A DNA stretch of 64,000 nt from an uncultured delta proteobacterium (GTDB taxonomy: Bacteria; Myxococcota_A; UBA9160; UBA4427). The number at the start of each line of letters is the position of its first letter. The stretch's first letter is position 1. The position numbers and the translations under genes were made by a program. Below the pieces are notes generated by a model. The model saw only the letters and a program-made list of their open reading frames with translations. It was not told where the DNA came from and made no database searches. The stretch covers positions 96,001 to 160,000 of the forward strand of contig CAWGJT010000015.1 of assembly GCA_963822965.1 (NCBI GenBank), read 5' to 3'. Shown here in pieces: positions 29,874-38,685 of the stretch.

Positions 29874-32024
29874 ATGGCCACCCGCCTGCACGTGCGCTTC
29901 GGCCGTCCCGGTGTCCCGGTGTCCGGCCGTCCCGGTGTCCGCCGGCTCGTGGCCGGCATCGCCGGCGTCCTGCTGCTGGCCCCGGCGAGCCTTGCCGCAG
30001 GTCCGCTGGCTCCCGACGAGATCCCGCCGCCCGCGAGCCCCATCGACCCGGCGGCCCTGCAGGCCGCCCGCGCCCTGGCCCAGCTCCAGCGCGACCTCGA
30101 TCGCGGCGACTACGCTTCGGCGCAGCTCTCCCTCGCTCGCGCCCGGGGCGCCGACCTGCTCAAGGACTACGTCTCGCTCTTCGAGGCGCGCATGCTGCTG
30201 GCGACGGGTCACCCCGGGAAGGCCGCCGAGGCCGCACGGCGCGGCCGGGAGGCCCACGCGGGCACCCCGGTGGCGGTGGCGTTCTCCGAGCTTCTCGGGG
30301 AGGCCCTGCTCGCCAAGGGCGACGAGGCCGGTGCCCGCGCCGCCTGGCAGGTCGCCTACCAGGCCACCCACAGCCCGGACCGACGCGCCCTGCTCGAGGA
30401 CCGGATCCTCGCCTCCCACGAGCGGACGGGAACCCTGAGCCTGGCGCTCCAGGAGTCCGGCAGCGACACCGCGGTGGCCGACGGGAGCCGCCTGCCGGCG
30501 GAGATGGCCCGCGACCTGCGGACCGACCTGTCTGCCGACGAGTGGCTGAAGCGGGCCGACCAGGCCCTGGCAGACGGACACTCGGAAGACGCCATCGCGG
30601 CCTATGACGCCGCCCTCGCCGCCGGCCTCGACGAGAAGGGCACCCGACACGCCCGGCGGGAGCGCGGGCACGCCCTCTTCCGCATCCGCCGCTACGACGA
30701 GGCGCTGACCGCGTTCGGCTCGCTGCTGCCCGAGCCGGAGGCGCGCTTCTGGTATGCGCGCTCGCTGGCCCGCGCCGGCCGGGTCAACGAGGCCGTGCGC
30801 TCCTTCGAGACCATCGGCGGCGCGCGCGATGCCCGGTACGGCACCTGGTCCCTCTATCTCGCCGGCACCCTGCTCGAAGACCGCGGCCAGACCGAGCGGG
30901 CGATGGCGCTCTACGAGCAGGTGGCCCGACAGGACCCGACGGAGCGGGGCCTCGACGCGCTCTGGCGCGTGGGCTGGTCGGCCTATGGCCACAAGAAGTA
31001 CCAGCACGCGCGGGAAGTGTTCACCGAGCTCGCCAAGCGCTCCGAGCCGCTCGACGCCCTGCGCCCGCGCTACTGGGCGGCGCGCTCCGCCGAAGGGCTC
31101 GGCAAGCGCAGCGAGGCCCGGCGCGAGCTCCGCGCCATCGCCCTCGAGTACCCGTTCTCGTACTACGGCTGGCGCGCGGGCGAACGCCTGGGCCAAGAGT
31201 CGCTGGCGACCCAGGCGTCCGGCGACGCGGGCGCCCGCCCCCTGCCGAGCGGTCCCTCCCAGCTCGATCCGCGCGAGGTCGAGCGGGTCGAGCTGCTGCT
31301 CGAGGCCGACCTGCGCGACTTCGCCGCCGAGGAGCTGGGCACCATCGTCGACCGGGCGCGGGGGCTCGACGATCGCAAGGCGCTCGGGCGCCTCTACGTG
31401 CGAACGGGCGACTACCACCGCGCCCAGCGCCTGGTGGTGGACGCCTACCGCGACTCGCTGTCCCGCGGCATCCAGCCGGGCAACGAGAGTCTGTGGTGGC
31501 TGTCGTGGCCCCCCGCCTACCGGGAGGTGGTGACGGACGTGTTTCCCCGGGACGCCGTCATCGATCCGGCGCTGGTGTGGGCCATCATGCGCGAGGAGAG
31601 CGGCTACCGGCCCTGGGTCACGTCCAGCGCCGGGGCGCGCGGCCTGCTGCAGATCATGCCCTCCACCGGCGCGCAGCTCGCGCAGAAGAAGGGCTATACG
31701 GACTTCGAGCCGGACGACCTCTACACGCCGCGGGTGAACATCGACCTCGGTGCCGCCTACCTCGACGAGCTCGGCCGGCGCTTCCCCGGCCGCCTGTCCG
31801 CCGCCATCGGCAGCTACAACGCCGGTCCCACCGCCGTGAACGGCTGGCTGCAGGGCAGCGAGAAGGATCGCGACGACGACGCCTGGGTGGAGGACATCCC
31901 CTACCACCAGACCCGCGCCTACGTGAAGCGCGTCCTGCGCAGCCTGCACGTCTATCGCACGATGTATCCGCCGGCGGCGCTGCTGCCCACCACGGCGCCC
32001 GCGCGGGTGGCCCGGGAGGGCTGA
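29874..32024 (+). CDS. slt: Soluble lytic transglycosylase (Slt70-like, TPR plus SLT domain)
   Basis: AIMREES, S.AGARGLLQIMPST, SYNAGP, EDIPY..TR.YVKRV. Confidence 0.93.
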   Translation: MATRLHVRFGRPGVPVSGRPGVRRLVAGIAGVLLLAPASLAAGPLAPDEIPPPASPIDPAALQAARALAQLQRDLDRGDYASAQLSLARARGADLLKDYVSLFEARMLLATGHPGKAAEAARRGREAHAGTPVAVAFSELLGEALLAKGDEAGARAAWQVAYQATHSPDRRALLEDRILASHERTGTLSLALQESGSDTAVADGSRLPAEMARDLRTDLSADEWLKRADQALADGHSEDAIAAYDAALAAGLDEKGTRHARRERGHALFRIRRYDEALTAFGSLLPEPEARFWYARSLARAGRVNEAVRSFETIGGARDARYGTWSLYLAGTLLEDRGQTERAMALYEQVARQDPTERGLDALWRVGWSAYGHKKYQHAREVFTELAKRSEPLDALRPRYWAARSAEGLGKRSEARRELRAIALEYPFSYYGWRAGERLGQESLATQASGDAGARPLPSGPSQLDPREVERVELLLEADLRDFAAEELGTIVDRARGLDDRKALGRLYVRTGDYHRAQRLVVDAYRDSLSRGIQPGNESLWWLSWPPAYREVVTDVFPRDAVIDPALVWAIMREESGYRPWVTSSAGARGLLQIMPSTGAQLAQKKGYTDFEPDDLYTPRVNIDLGAAYLDELGRRFPGRLSAAIGSYNAGPTAVNGWLQGSEKDRDDDAWVEDIPYHQTRAYVKRVLRSLHVYRTMYPPAALLPTTAPARVAREG

Positions 32025-32045
32025 GGCCGGGCGCGGGGGACGCTC

Positions 32046-33332
32046 TCAGCCCGAGCCGCCGCCCCCGCCGCTCATCGCCTGCAGCACGTTGGCGCGGCTG
32101 CCCAGGCTGTGGGCGATCCCCGAGAGCAGCGAGAACACCCGGGCCACGAGCACGAAGTCGCTGGGCACCTCCGCCACCGGGTCCTCGCGGATCGCCTCGA
32201 AGAGCTCGTCGGTCATGTCCTCGGTGAACTCGCCCTCGAACGCGCCGGTGTCGCTGCGGCTCACCATGCGGCGCGCGATGTGGACGAACGTGCTCTCGTC
32301 TCCGCTCTTCGAGCGGAAGCCCAGCTCGCGAAACGCGCGAACCATGGCCGACTCGTTGAAGGTCATGAGGGAGAACATCAGCTCGAAGAGTCCCAGCCCG
32401 AAGCCCTCGGGCAGCTCCTTCGACAGACCGAAGTCGAGCACCACGACCCGTCCCTCCGGCGTCACGAAGAGGTTGCCCGGGTGCGGATCCGCCTGGAAGA
32501 AGCCCGCGGCGAGGATCATGCGCACGTAGACGTGCATCAGGTCCTGGAGCACGTCGGCCGGATCGAGACCGGCGGCCTCGAGCGCCTCCTTCTCGGTGAT
32601 CTTGATGCCGGAGACGAGCTCCATCACGAGCACCCGCTGGCTGCTCCAGGCGCGATGGATCTCCGGGATCTTGACGTGGGGATCGTCGGCGAAGAGCGCT
32701 CGCACGCGCTCGGCGCAGTCGGCCTCGCGGACGAAGTCGAGCTCGTAGCCCAGGTGCGTCGTCAGCTCCGTGAGCAGGGGCAGCAGCGCGAGGGGCTGGG
32801 GATCGAAGAGCTCGTAGATGCGACACACCCGGCGCATATTGGCGAGGTCCGTCCGGATGATGTCCTCGATGTCCGGGTACTGGACCTTGACGGCCACGGC
32901 GCGGCCGTCCAGCAGCTTCGCGCGATGCACCTGGGCGAGGGAGGCCGCCGCGATGGGCCGCTCTTCGAACTCCGCGAAGACTGCATCCAGTGGCTTTCCG
33001 AGCTCGCGCTCCACCACCTCCCGCACCACCGGGAAGGGCTTCGGGGGCACGGCGTCGTGGCACTGCTTGAGCCGGTCGATGAACTCCTTCGGGAACATGT
33101 CCGAGCGGGTCGCCACCGCCTGGCACAGCTTGATGGTCACGCCGCGCAGGTCGAGGGCGAGGGCCAGGATGCGGTTGGCGGCGCGCGCGTGGGTCGCGCG
33201 CAGCTCCGACTCGCTACGGGGCGGTCGGCGCGCCAGGCGCCTTGCCCAGGCCGGAATCTTGTAGAGCGACCAGACGACCGCCCCCGTGAACGCCACCTTC
33301 ACGCTGCGACGGATCCGCGTGCCGAGGTGCAT
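32046..33332 (-). CDS. AarF/ABC1/UbiB family atypical kinase
   Basis: IKLCQ, PIAAASLAQVH, VAVKVQYP, ADPHPGN, LDFG. Confidence 0.95.
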   Translation of the reverse strand: MHLGTRIRRSVKVAFTGAVVWSLYKIPAWARRLARRPPRSESELRATHARAANRILALALDLRGVTIKLCQAVATRSDMFPKEFIDRLKQCHDAVPPKPFPVVREVVERELGKPLDAVFAEFEERPIAAASLAQVHRAKLLDGRAVAVKVQYPDIEDIIRTDLANMRRVCRIYELFDPQPLALLPLLTELTTHLGYELDFVREADCAERVRALFADDPHVKIPEIHRAWSSQRVLVMELVSGIKITEKEALEAAGLDPADVLQDLMHVYVRMILAAGFFQADPHPGNLFVTPEGRVVVLDFGLSKELPEGFGLGLFELMFSLMTFNESAMVRAFRELGFRSKSGDESTFVHIARRMVSRSDTGAFEGEFTEDMTDELFEAIREDPVAEVPSDFVLVARVFSLLSGIAHSLGSRANVLQAMSGGGGGSG

Positions 33333-33336
33333 GGGC

Positions 33337-34449
33337 TCAGGCCGCGGTTCGGGACGGCTCGAAGCCCGTCGTCTGGGGCGGCGTCCACTCCGTCGCCAGG
33401 GCGTCGAACTCCTCGAGTAGCGCCGCCGGGCTGGGAGCGACCTTCATCGCCTCCCGGAGGCCTTCGCGGATGTCCTCCTGCTGGTCGCGCGGGCGGGTCT
33501 TCGTCATCTGGGAGAGGATGCGGTGCAGCACGCCGTCCACCACCACGCGTCCCGCCACCTGCCCGCCGTCCACGGTGCGGATCGTGCGTGCCCGAGCCTC
33601 GGAGAGCGCCGTGCGCAGATACTCCACGTGCGGCTTCTCGTCGGCCTGGATGTTGCGGACCATGCCGCCCGCCACGGCCGGTGCCGCCGACACCTCCGGG
33701 TCCGAGAGCAGGTCGATCCCCCACTGGAACGTGCCCTCGGCGAAGATCTCCACCACCAGCACGTTGGCCATGAAGCCGAGCATGCGCTCGAGGGCCTCGC
33801 CGATGGCGGGAAAGGCCGCTTGCGGCCGACCGCCGCGGCCGCGGCGGCCCATCAGCCGCATCAGGACGTCGCCGGGGATCTTCGGATTCTCGAGGGCCGC
33901 GTCGCGCGCGGCCTCCCACATCTGCTTGTGACCGCCCTCGTTGCGATAGCCCGACTCGTCCCGGGCGTGGGCCTCGAAGAGCCCGCCCTTCAGGTGGGCG
34001 AGCGCGGTGCCGTCGATGGGCTCGACGAAGAGCGCGTCGAGGTCCGGCACGGTCACGTCGCGGATCATCGCCCCGAAGCCCTCCACGATGGAGATGATCG
34101 TGAGCGTACGCACCACCGGGTCGCGGACGCCGCTCCGGAGCAGCAGCTTCGCCTGCTCCACGTTCGGGTACTGCGGCGGCATCAGCTCGGGCCGCACCTC
34201 GATCAGCTCGTGACCGTCCCGCACGAGGCAGGCCTGCCAGGCGGCGATGGCGGGCGTACGGTGCAGGGTACGCGGCGAGCGGTAGCGCCCGCCGGCGTCG
34301 AAGCCCCCGTGGCAGCGCACGCCGTTCGCGACGAGGGGAGCGACGACGTCGCCGCTCGCGAGCAGCTCCTCGGGCGTGTAGACCGTGCGGTCCGCCTCCG
34401 GCGCGCCGACCGACTCCCGCCCGCGGTTGGAATCCGTGCTCGAAGCCAT
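33337..34449 (-). CDS. Ferritin-like (putative diiron) protein of unknown function
   Basis: Spaced helical motifs VEGFG, RDE...EGGH, VEIFAE, DEKPH. Confidence 0.65.
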   Translation of the reverse strand: MASSTDSNRGRESVGAPEADRTVYTPEELLASGDVVAPLVANGVRCHGGFDAGGRYRSPRTLHRTPAIAAWQACLVRDGHELIEVRPELMPPQYPNVEQAKLLLRSGVRDPVVRTLTIISIVEGFGAMIRDVTVPDLDALFVEPIDGTALAHLKGGLFEAHARDESGYRNEGGHKQMWEAARDAALENPKIPGDVLMRLMGRRGRGGRPQAAFPAIGEALERMLGFMANVLVVEIFAEGTFQWGIDLLSDPEVSAAPAVAGGMVRNIQADEKPHVEYLRTALSEARARTIRTVDGGQVAGRVVVDGVLHRILSQMTKTRPRDQQEDIREGLREAMKVAPSPAALLEEFDALATEWTPPQTTGFEPSRTAA

Positions 34450-34597
34450 GTCCGTCCTCCGCGCTTCCCCCGCCGCGCAGTCTAGCGGGCGCATGCGCCC
34501 CGCTTGGCGGGGGTGTGCGTCTCCGGTGGCCGCGACCCCCGGGGGCCGCGCGGAGCCTGCTTCGGTAGAGTCCGGCCGCGGCGGGAGTCCTTCCTTC

Positions 34598-36052
34598 ATG
34601 CTCTTCGTGACGGCGCAGTTCGCGCTCTTCCTGGCGGCCCTGCTGCTGCTGCTCCGCGTGCTGCCGCGCCGGGGCTGGAACGGGGTGCTGCTGGCGGCGA
34701 GCCTGCTCTTCTACGGCCTGTGGATCCCCGCCTATCTGCCGCTGCTGCTCGTCGACATCGGCGTCAACTACGCGCTGCTCCGGCGCATGCTGGCGGCGGC
34801 GCCGGGAACGCGCGCCCGGCGCGGCTGGCTCGCGGCCTCGATCGTCTTCACCCTCGCGCTGCTGCTCTACTTCAAGTACGCGGCCTTCCTGATGGACAAC
34901 GCGGCACCGCTGGTCGAAGCCGCGGTCGGCGTACGCTTCGCGACGCCCGACATCCTGCTGCCCCTGGGCATCTCCTTCTACTCGTTTCAGATCATCTCGC
35001 TGGCCGCGGACGCCTACGCGTCCCAGGGCCCGGCAGGCGACTTCCGGGACGAGCTGCCGATCGACGGCCTGGCGCGCTACGCGCTCTTCGTCGCCTTCTT
35101 CCCCCAGCTGATCGCCGGCCCGATCCTGCGCGGCGCCGAGTTCCTGCCGCAGCTGGCCCGGGGCGCCCGGCCCGGGCGGGAGCGCACCCGGCAGGGGCTC
35201 CGGCTGATCGCCTCGGGGGTCGCGAAGAAGGTGCTGCTGGCGGACTTCCTGCTCGCCCCGTTCGTCGATCCGGTCTTCGCGTCCGCCGGCGTCGCGAACC
35301 GCAGCTTCCACTGGCTGGCGATGTACGGCTTCACGTTCCAGATCTACTTCGACTTCTCGGGCTACACCGACATGGCTCGGGGCATCGCCAAGCTGATCGG
35401 CTTCGAGCTGCCCGAGAACTTCGAGGAGCCGCTGCTCTCCCGCAGCCCGCGCGAGTTCTGGACCCGCTGGCACGTCACGCTCTCGCGCTGGCTCCGGCTC
35501 TACCTCTTCCTGCCGATCTCCCGGGCGCTGATGCGGCGGGGCGGGCCGCGCTGGGACCGATCCGCAGGGGGGGTGGCCCTGCTCGTCACCATGAGCCTGT
35601 GTGGCCTGTGGCACGGCGCCGGCTGGCCCTTCGTCGTCTGGGGCGCGATCCATGGCGTGCTGCTCGTCGTCTGGCGCTTCCCGCTCGGACGCGACGCCGG
35701 TCCGATCCGCGCGCGCGACCTGCCGGCGATGGTCGCGTTCTTCCACTGCTTCGCCCTGAGCCTCGTCTTCTTCCGCTGCCCGGACGTGGCGCACGCCCTC
35801 ACCTACCTGCAACGCCTGGTCGTGGACAACGGGCTGCCCGGCTGGCCGGTCCTCGAGACCGGCGTGGTCGCGATCTGCGGGGCGCTCCACGTGAGTGAGC
35901 GCTGGCTGCGCGTCCACGGCGACGCGATCGCGGAGGCCCTCGCGGCGAGCGCCGCCGGCGCCTATGGCGAGGCGCTCCTGTTCGGGTTGGTGGCCGGCGC
36001 CGCAGTGCTGGCGTCCGGCGCCGGCGGCGAGTTCATCTACTTCCAGTTCTAG
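34598..36052 (+). CDS. MBOAT family O-acyltransferase (AlgI/DltB-like)
   Basis: LPLGISFYSFQ, FFPQLIAGPI, QIYFDFSGYTDMA, EFWTRWHVTLS, GLWHGA, EFIYFQF. Confidence 0.97.
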   Translation: MLFVTAQFALFLAALLLLLRVLPRRGWNGVLLAASLLFYGLWIPAYLPLLLVDIGVNYALLRRMLAAAPGTRARRGWLAASIVFTLALLLYFKYAAFLMDNAAPLVEAAVGVRFATPDILLPLGISFYSFQIISLAADAYASQGPAGDFRDELPIDGLARYALFVAFFPQLIAGPILRGAEFLPQLARGARPGRERTRQGLRLIASGVAKKVLLADFLLAPFVDPVFASAGVANRSFHWLAMYGFTFQIYFDFSGYTDMARGIAKLIGFELPENFEEPLLSRSPREFWTRWHVTLSRWLRLYLFLPISRALMRRGGPRWDRSAGGVALLVTMSLCGLWHGAGWPFVVWGAIHGVLLVVWRFPLGRDAGPIRARDLPAMVAFFHCFALSLVFFRCPDVAHALTYLQRLVVDNGLPGWPVLETGVVAICGALHVSERWLRVHGDAIAEALAASAAGAYGEALLFGLVAGAAVLASGAGGEFIYFQF

Positions 36053-37232
36053 AGGACCGGCCCGGGTCCGGCGGACGGACGAGCGCCAGCAGCGGGCCCG
36101 CGACGGCCCGGGCGATGCGCGCCGTCGCGTCCGGCGCGGCGGCCGTGCCCAGGTGCCCGGCCGCGTCGCGAAAGGCCGCGTCCAGCAGCAGCGCGTGCAG
36201 ATCGAGATAGTCGGCGCCGGCACCGCGCACCACCTTCGCCAGGGTGGCGAGGCTGCCCGCGAAGCGGTCGTCGGCCGGCAGGCCCAGCGACGCCAGGTGC
36301 TCGACGTTGACGGGGTTCACGTAGACCAGGACCGGCACGCCCGCCTCGCGCAGCACACGCAGGGCGTCGGCCAGGGCGACGAGCACCGGGTGGTCCGGGG
36401 CGAGGCCGTCCAGGACGGCTCCGTAGTGGCGGCGTTCCGCGGCGCGGTCGTAGCGGTCGCGTCTCCCGTCCGGTCCCTCGACGCGCGTCCGCACCCGCTC
36501 CGCCGTGAAGTGCGCCAGCTCGAAGCGCCGCGGTCCGTCGTCGCCGAAGCGGGCGCCGAGCGCGTTCGCGAGGTCGGTGCGCGCCGCACCCAAGCGGGCC
36601 TGCACCACGAGGAGCTGCCGCCAGATCTCGCCGCCCCAGGCCTGAACGATCGCGACGTTCATCAGCAGGTCGTCGGCGCTGAGACCGATCCAGTGGATGG
36701 GGCCGAACAGCGCCGACGGGACGCGCCGGGGCGCGATCCAGCCCGACAGGCGCGGGCGGCTGAGGTGGCGGAAGAAATCGCCCAGCGACTGCAGGCTGAA
36801 CGCGATGACCACCGCGTCCGGCCGCGCGTCGGCGATGGCGTCCGCCAGGAAGTAGTAGTCGAAGGGACCCGCGCCCAGGGCGGCCAGCGAGTGCACCTCG
36901 ACGGGCGGGGAGGCGCCCTCCGCGTCGATCGCCTCGCGCAGCGCCCGAGGCACCGTCGGCGCGTCGGCGCCCACCTGGATGCTGATCGAGTCACCGAGGA
37001 ACGCGACCTGGCGGACCTCCTCACCCGGGGCCCGCGCGCGCACCGCGGCCAGCTCCTCGAAGAGCCCGGGCACGAGGTTCAGCCCGACGGTGGGCGAGCG
37101 CACGCCGAAGGCGTCGAGCCCCCGCATCGCGAGGCGCACGGTCTCGCTCGCGGCGACCCCGAAGACGACGACGCACAGCACGGCCGTGAGCGCGCGTCCC
37201 GCCCTCCCCGCCCCGCGGCCACCCGTCTCCAC
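36033..37232 (-). CDS. Membrane-anchored SGNH-like (AlgJ/DltD-like) protein
   Basis: [10 protein letters not shown] and GTG start, N-terminal TM segment, FLGDS, F.D..GHL near the C-terminus. Confidence 0.7.
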   Translation of the reverse strand: METGGRGAGRAGRALTAVLCVVVFGVAASETVRLAMRGLDAFGVRSPTVGLNLVPGLFEELAAVRARAPGEEVRQVAFLGDSISIQVGADAPTVPRALREAIDAEGASPPVEVHSLAALGAGPFDYYFLADAIADARPDAVVIAFSLQSLGDFFRHLSRPRLSGWIAPRRVPSALFGPIHWIGLSADDLLMNVAIVQAWGGEIWRQLLVVQARLGAARTDLANALGARFGDDGPRRFELAHFTAERVRTRVEGPDGRRDRYDRAAERRHYGAVLDGLAPDHPVLVALADALRVLREAGVPVLVYVNPVNVEHLASLGLPADDRFAGSLATLAKVVRGAGADYLDLHALLLDAAFRDAAGHLGTAAAPDATARIARAVAGPLLALVRPPDPGRSSRTGSR

Positions 37233-37367
37233 CGAGACACCTCCTCGCGCCACACGATACGACCCGGGGCTGGGCGGCGCCGGAGCCGGGCCGCTGGCGC
37301 CTTGAAGCCCGCCCGGCCGTCGGATAGCCTGCCGCGCCCTCGCTTCGGGACGCCCGGGAGGTACCCC

Positions 37368-38651
37368 ATGGCGCGCGGGATCGGGCTCGACTTCGGCACG
37401 ACCAACAGCGCCCTCGCCCTGGCCGACGCCGACCGCAACGCCCGGGTCGTGCGTTTCGCGGCGCCCGACGGCGACACCGAATCGTTCCGGTCGATCCTCT
37501 TCTGCGGCCGGGCCGAGGGCCGGCCCGAGGTCGAGTCCGTCGCCGGTCCCTTCGCCATCGAGCGCTACCTCGACGTCGAGGGCGAGCGGCGCCTGCTGCA
37601 GTCCCTCAAGGCCTTCCTCGCGAGCCGGCTCTTCACCTCCACCAACCTGCTCGGCCGCGCGACGACGCTCCAGGAGATGATCTCGCGCATCGTGCGCGGC
37701 CTGCTCGACGAAGCCGAAGACCAGCACGGCAGCCTGCAGGGCAGCCTGGTGGTGGGGCGGCCGGTGCGCTTCGCCCGCTCGCGGCAGCCGGCCGACGACG
37801 ACTTCGCCAGCGGCCGCCTGGCGGACGCCCTGCGGCGCGCCGGCGTCTCGGAGTTCCGGTTCGAGTACGAGCCCGTGGCGGCCGCCTACCACTACGAGCA
37901 GTCGCTGGCGGCGGACGAGCTCGTACTGATCGCCGACTTCGGGGGCGGCACCAGCGACTTCTGCCTGCTGCGCGTCGGGCCGGGGGTGCGCGACCGGCGC
38001 CGGCGGGCCCAGGACATCCTGGGCACCGAAGGCGTCGCCGTGGCCGGAGACGCCTTCGGCGCGAAGCTCGTGCGCCACGTGGTCGCGCCGCGCCTGGGAC
38101 GCGGCAGCGAGCAGCAGAAGCTCTTCGGCCAGCCGGTGCCGGTCCCCGCCTGGATCTACCGGGACCTGGAGCGCTGGCACCACCTCTCCTTCCTGCGCTC
38201 GCCGCGCACCCTGGGCGTGCTGCACGACGTCCTGCGCCATTCCCTCGACCCCGAGAAGATCGCGGCGCTGCTGCACCTGGTGGAGAACGACCTGGGCTAC
38301 GCGCTCTACCAGGCGGTCGAGGAGACCAAGACCGAGCTGTCGCGGGCGCCCGAGGCCTGGCTCCGCTTCCAGGACCCGCCGGTGACGATCGAAGAGCGCG
38401 TGACGCGCGAGGACTTCGAGTCCTGGATCACCGGGGAGCTCGCGGAGATCGCCGCCTGCACCGACCGACTGCTCGCCCGCACGGGGGTGGCCCCCGACGC
38501 CGTCGACTGCGTGTTCCTCACCGGGGGCTCGTCCTTCGTGCCGGCGGTGCGCCGCATCTTCGAGACCCGCTTCGGCGCCGACCGCATCCGCGGTGGGGAC
38601 GAGCTGGTGTCGGTGGCCCGGGGCCTCGCCCTGCGCGCGCTCGACAGCTGA
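37368..38651 (+). CDS. Hsp70-family protein (YegD-like)
   Basis: GLDFGTTNS, GRPVRF, EPVAAA, DFGGGTSDF, LTGGSS. Confidence 0.92.
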   Translation: MARGIGLDFGTTNSALALADADRNARVVRFAAPDGDTESFRSILFCGRAEGRPEVESVAGPFAIERYLDVEGERRLLQSLKAFLASRLFTSTNLLGRATTLQEMISRIVRGLLDEAEDQHGSLQGSLVVGRPVRFARSRQPADDDFASGRLADALRRAGVSEFRFEYEPVAAAYHYEQSLAADELVLIADFGGGTSDFCLLRVGPGVRDRRRRAQDILGTEGVAVAGDAFGAKLVRHVVAPRLGRGSEQQKLFGQPVPVPAWIYRDLERWHHLSFLRSPRTLGVLHDVLRHSLDPEKIAALLHLVENDLGYALYQAVEETKTELSRAPEAWLRFQDPPVTIEERVTREDFESWITGELAEIAACTDRLLARTGVAPDAVDCVFLTGGSSFVPAVRRIFETRFGADRIRGGDELVSVARGLALRALDS

Positions 38652-38685
38652 CGCGGCGTCCGGCGCTTCGGTTACCCTGGGCGCC

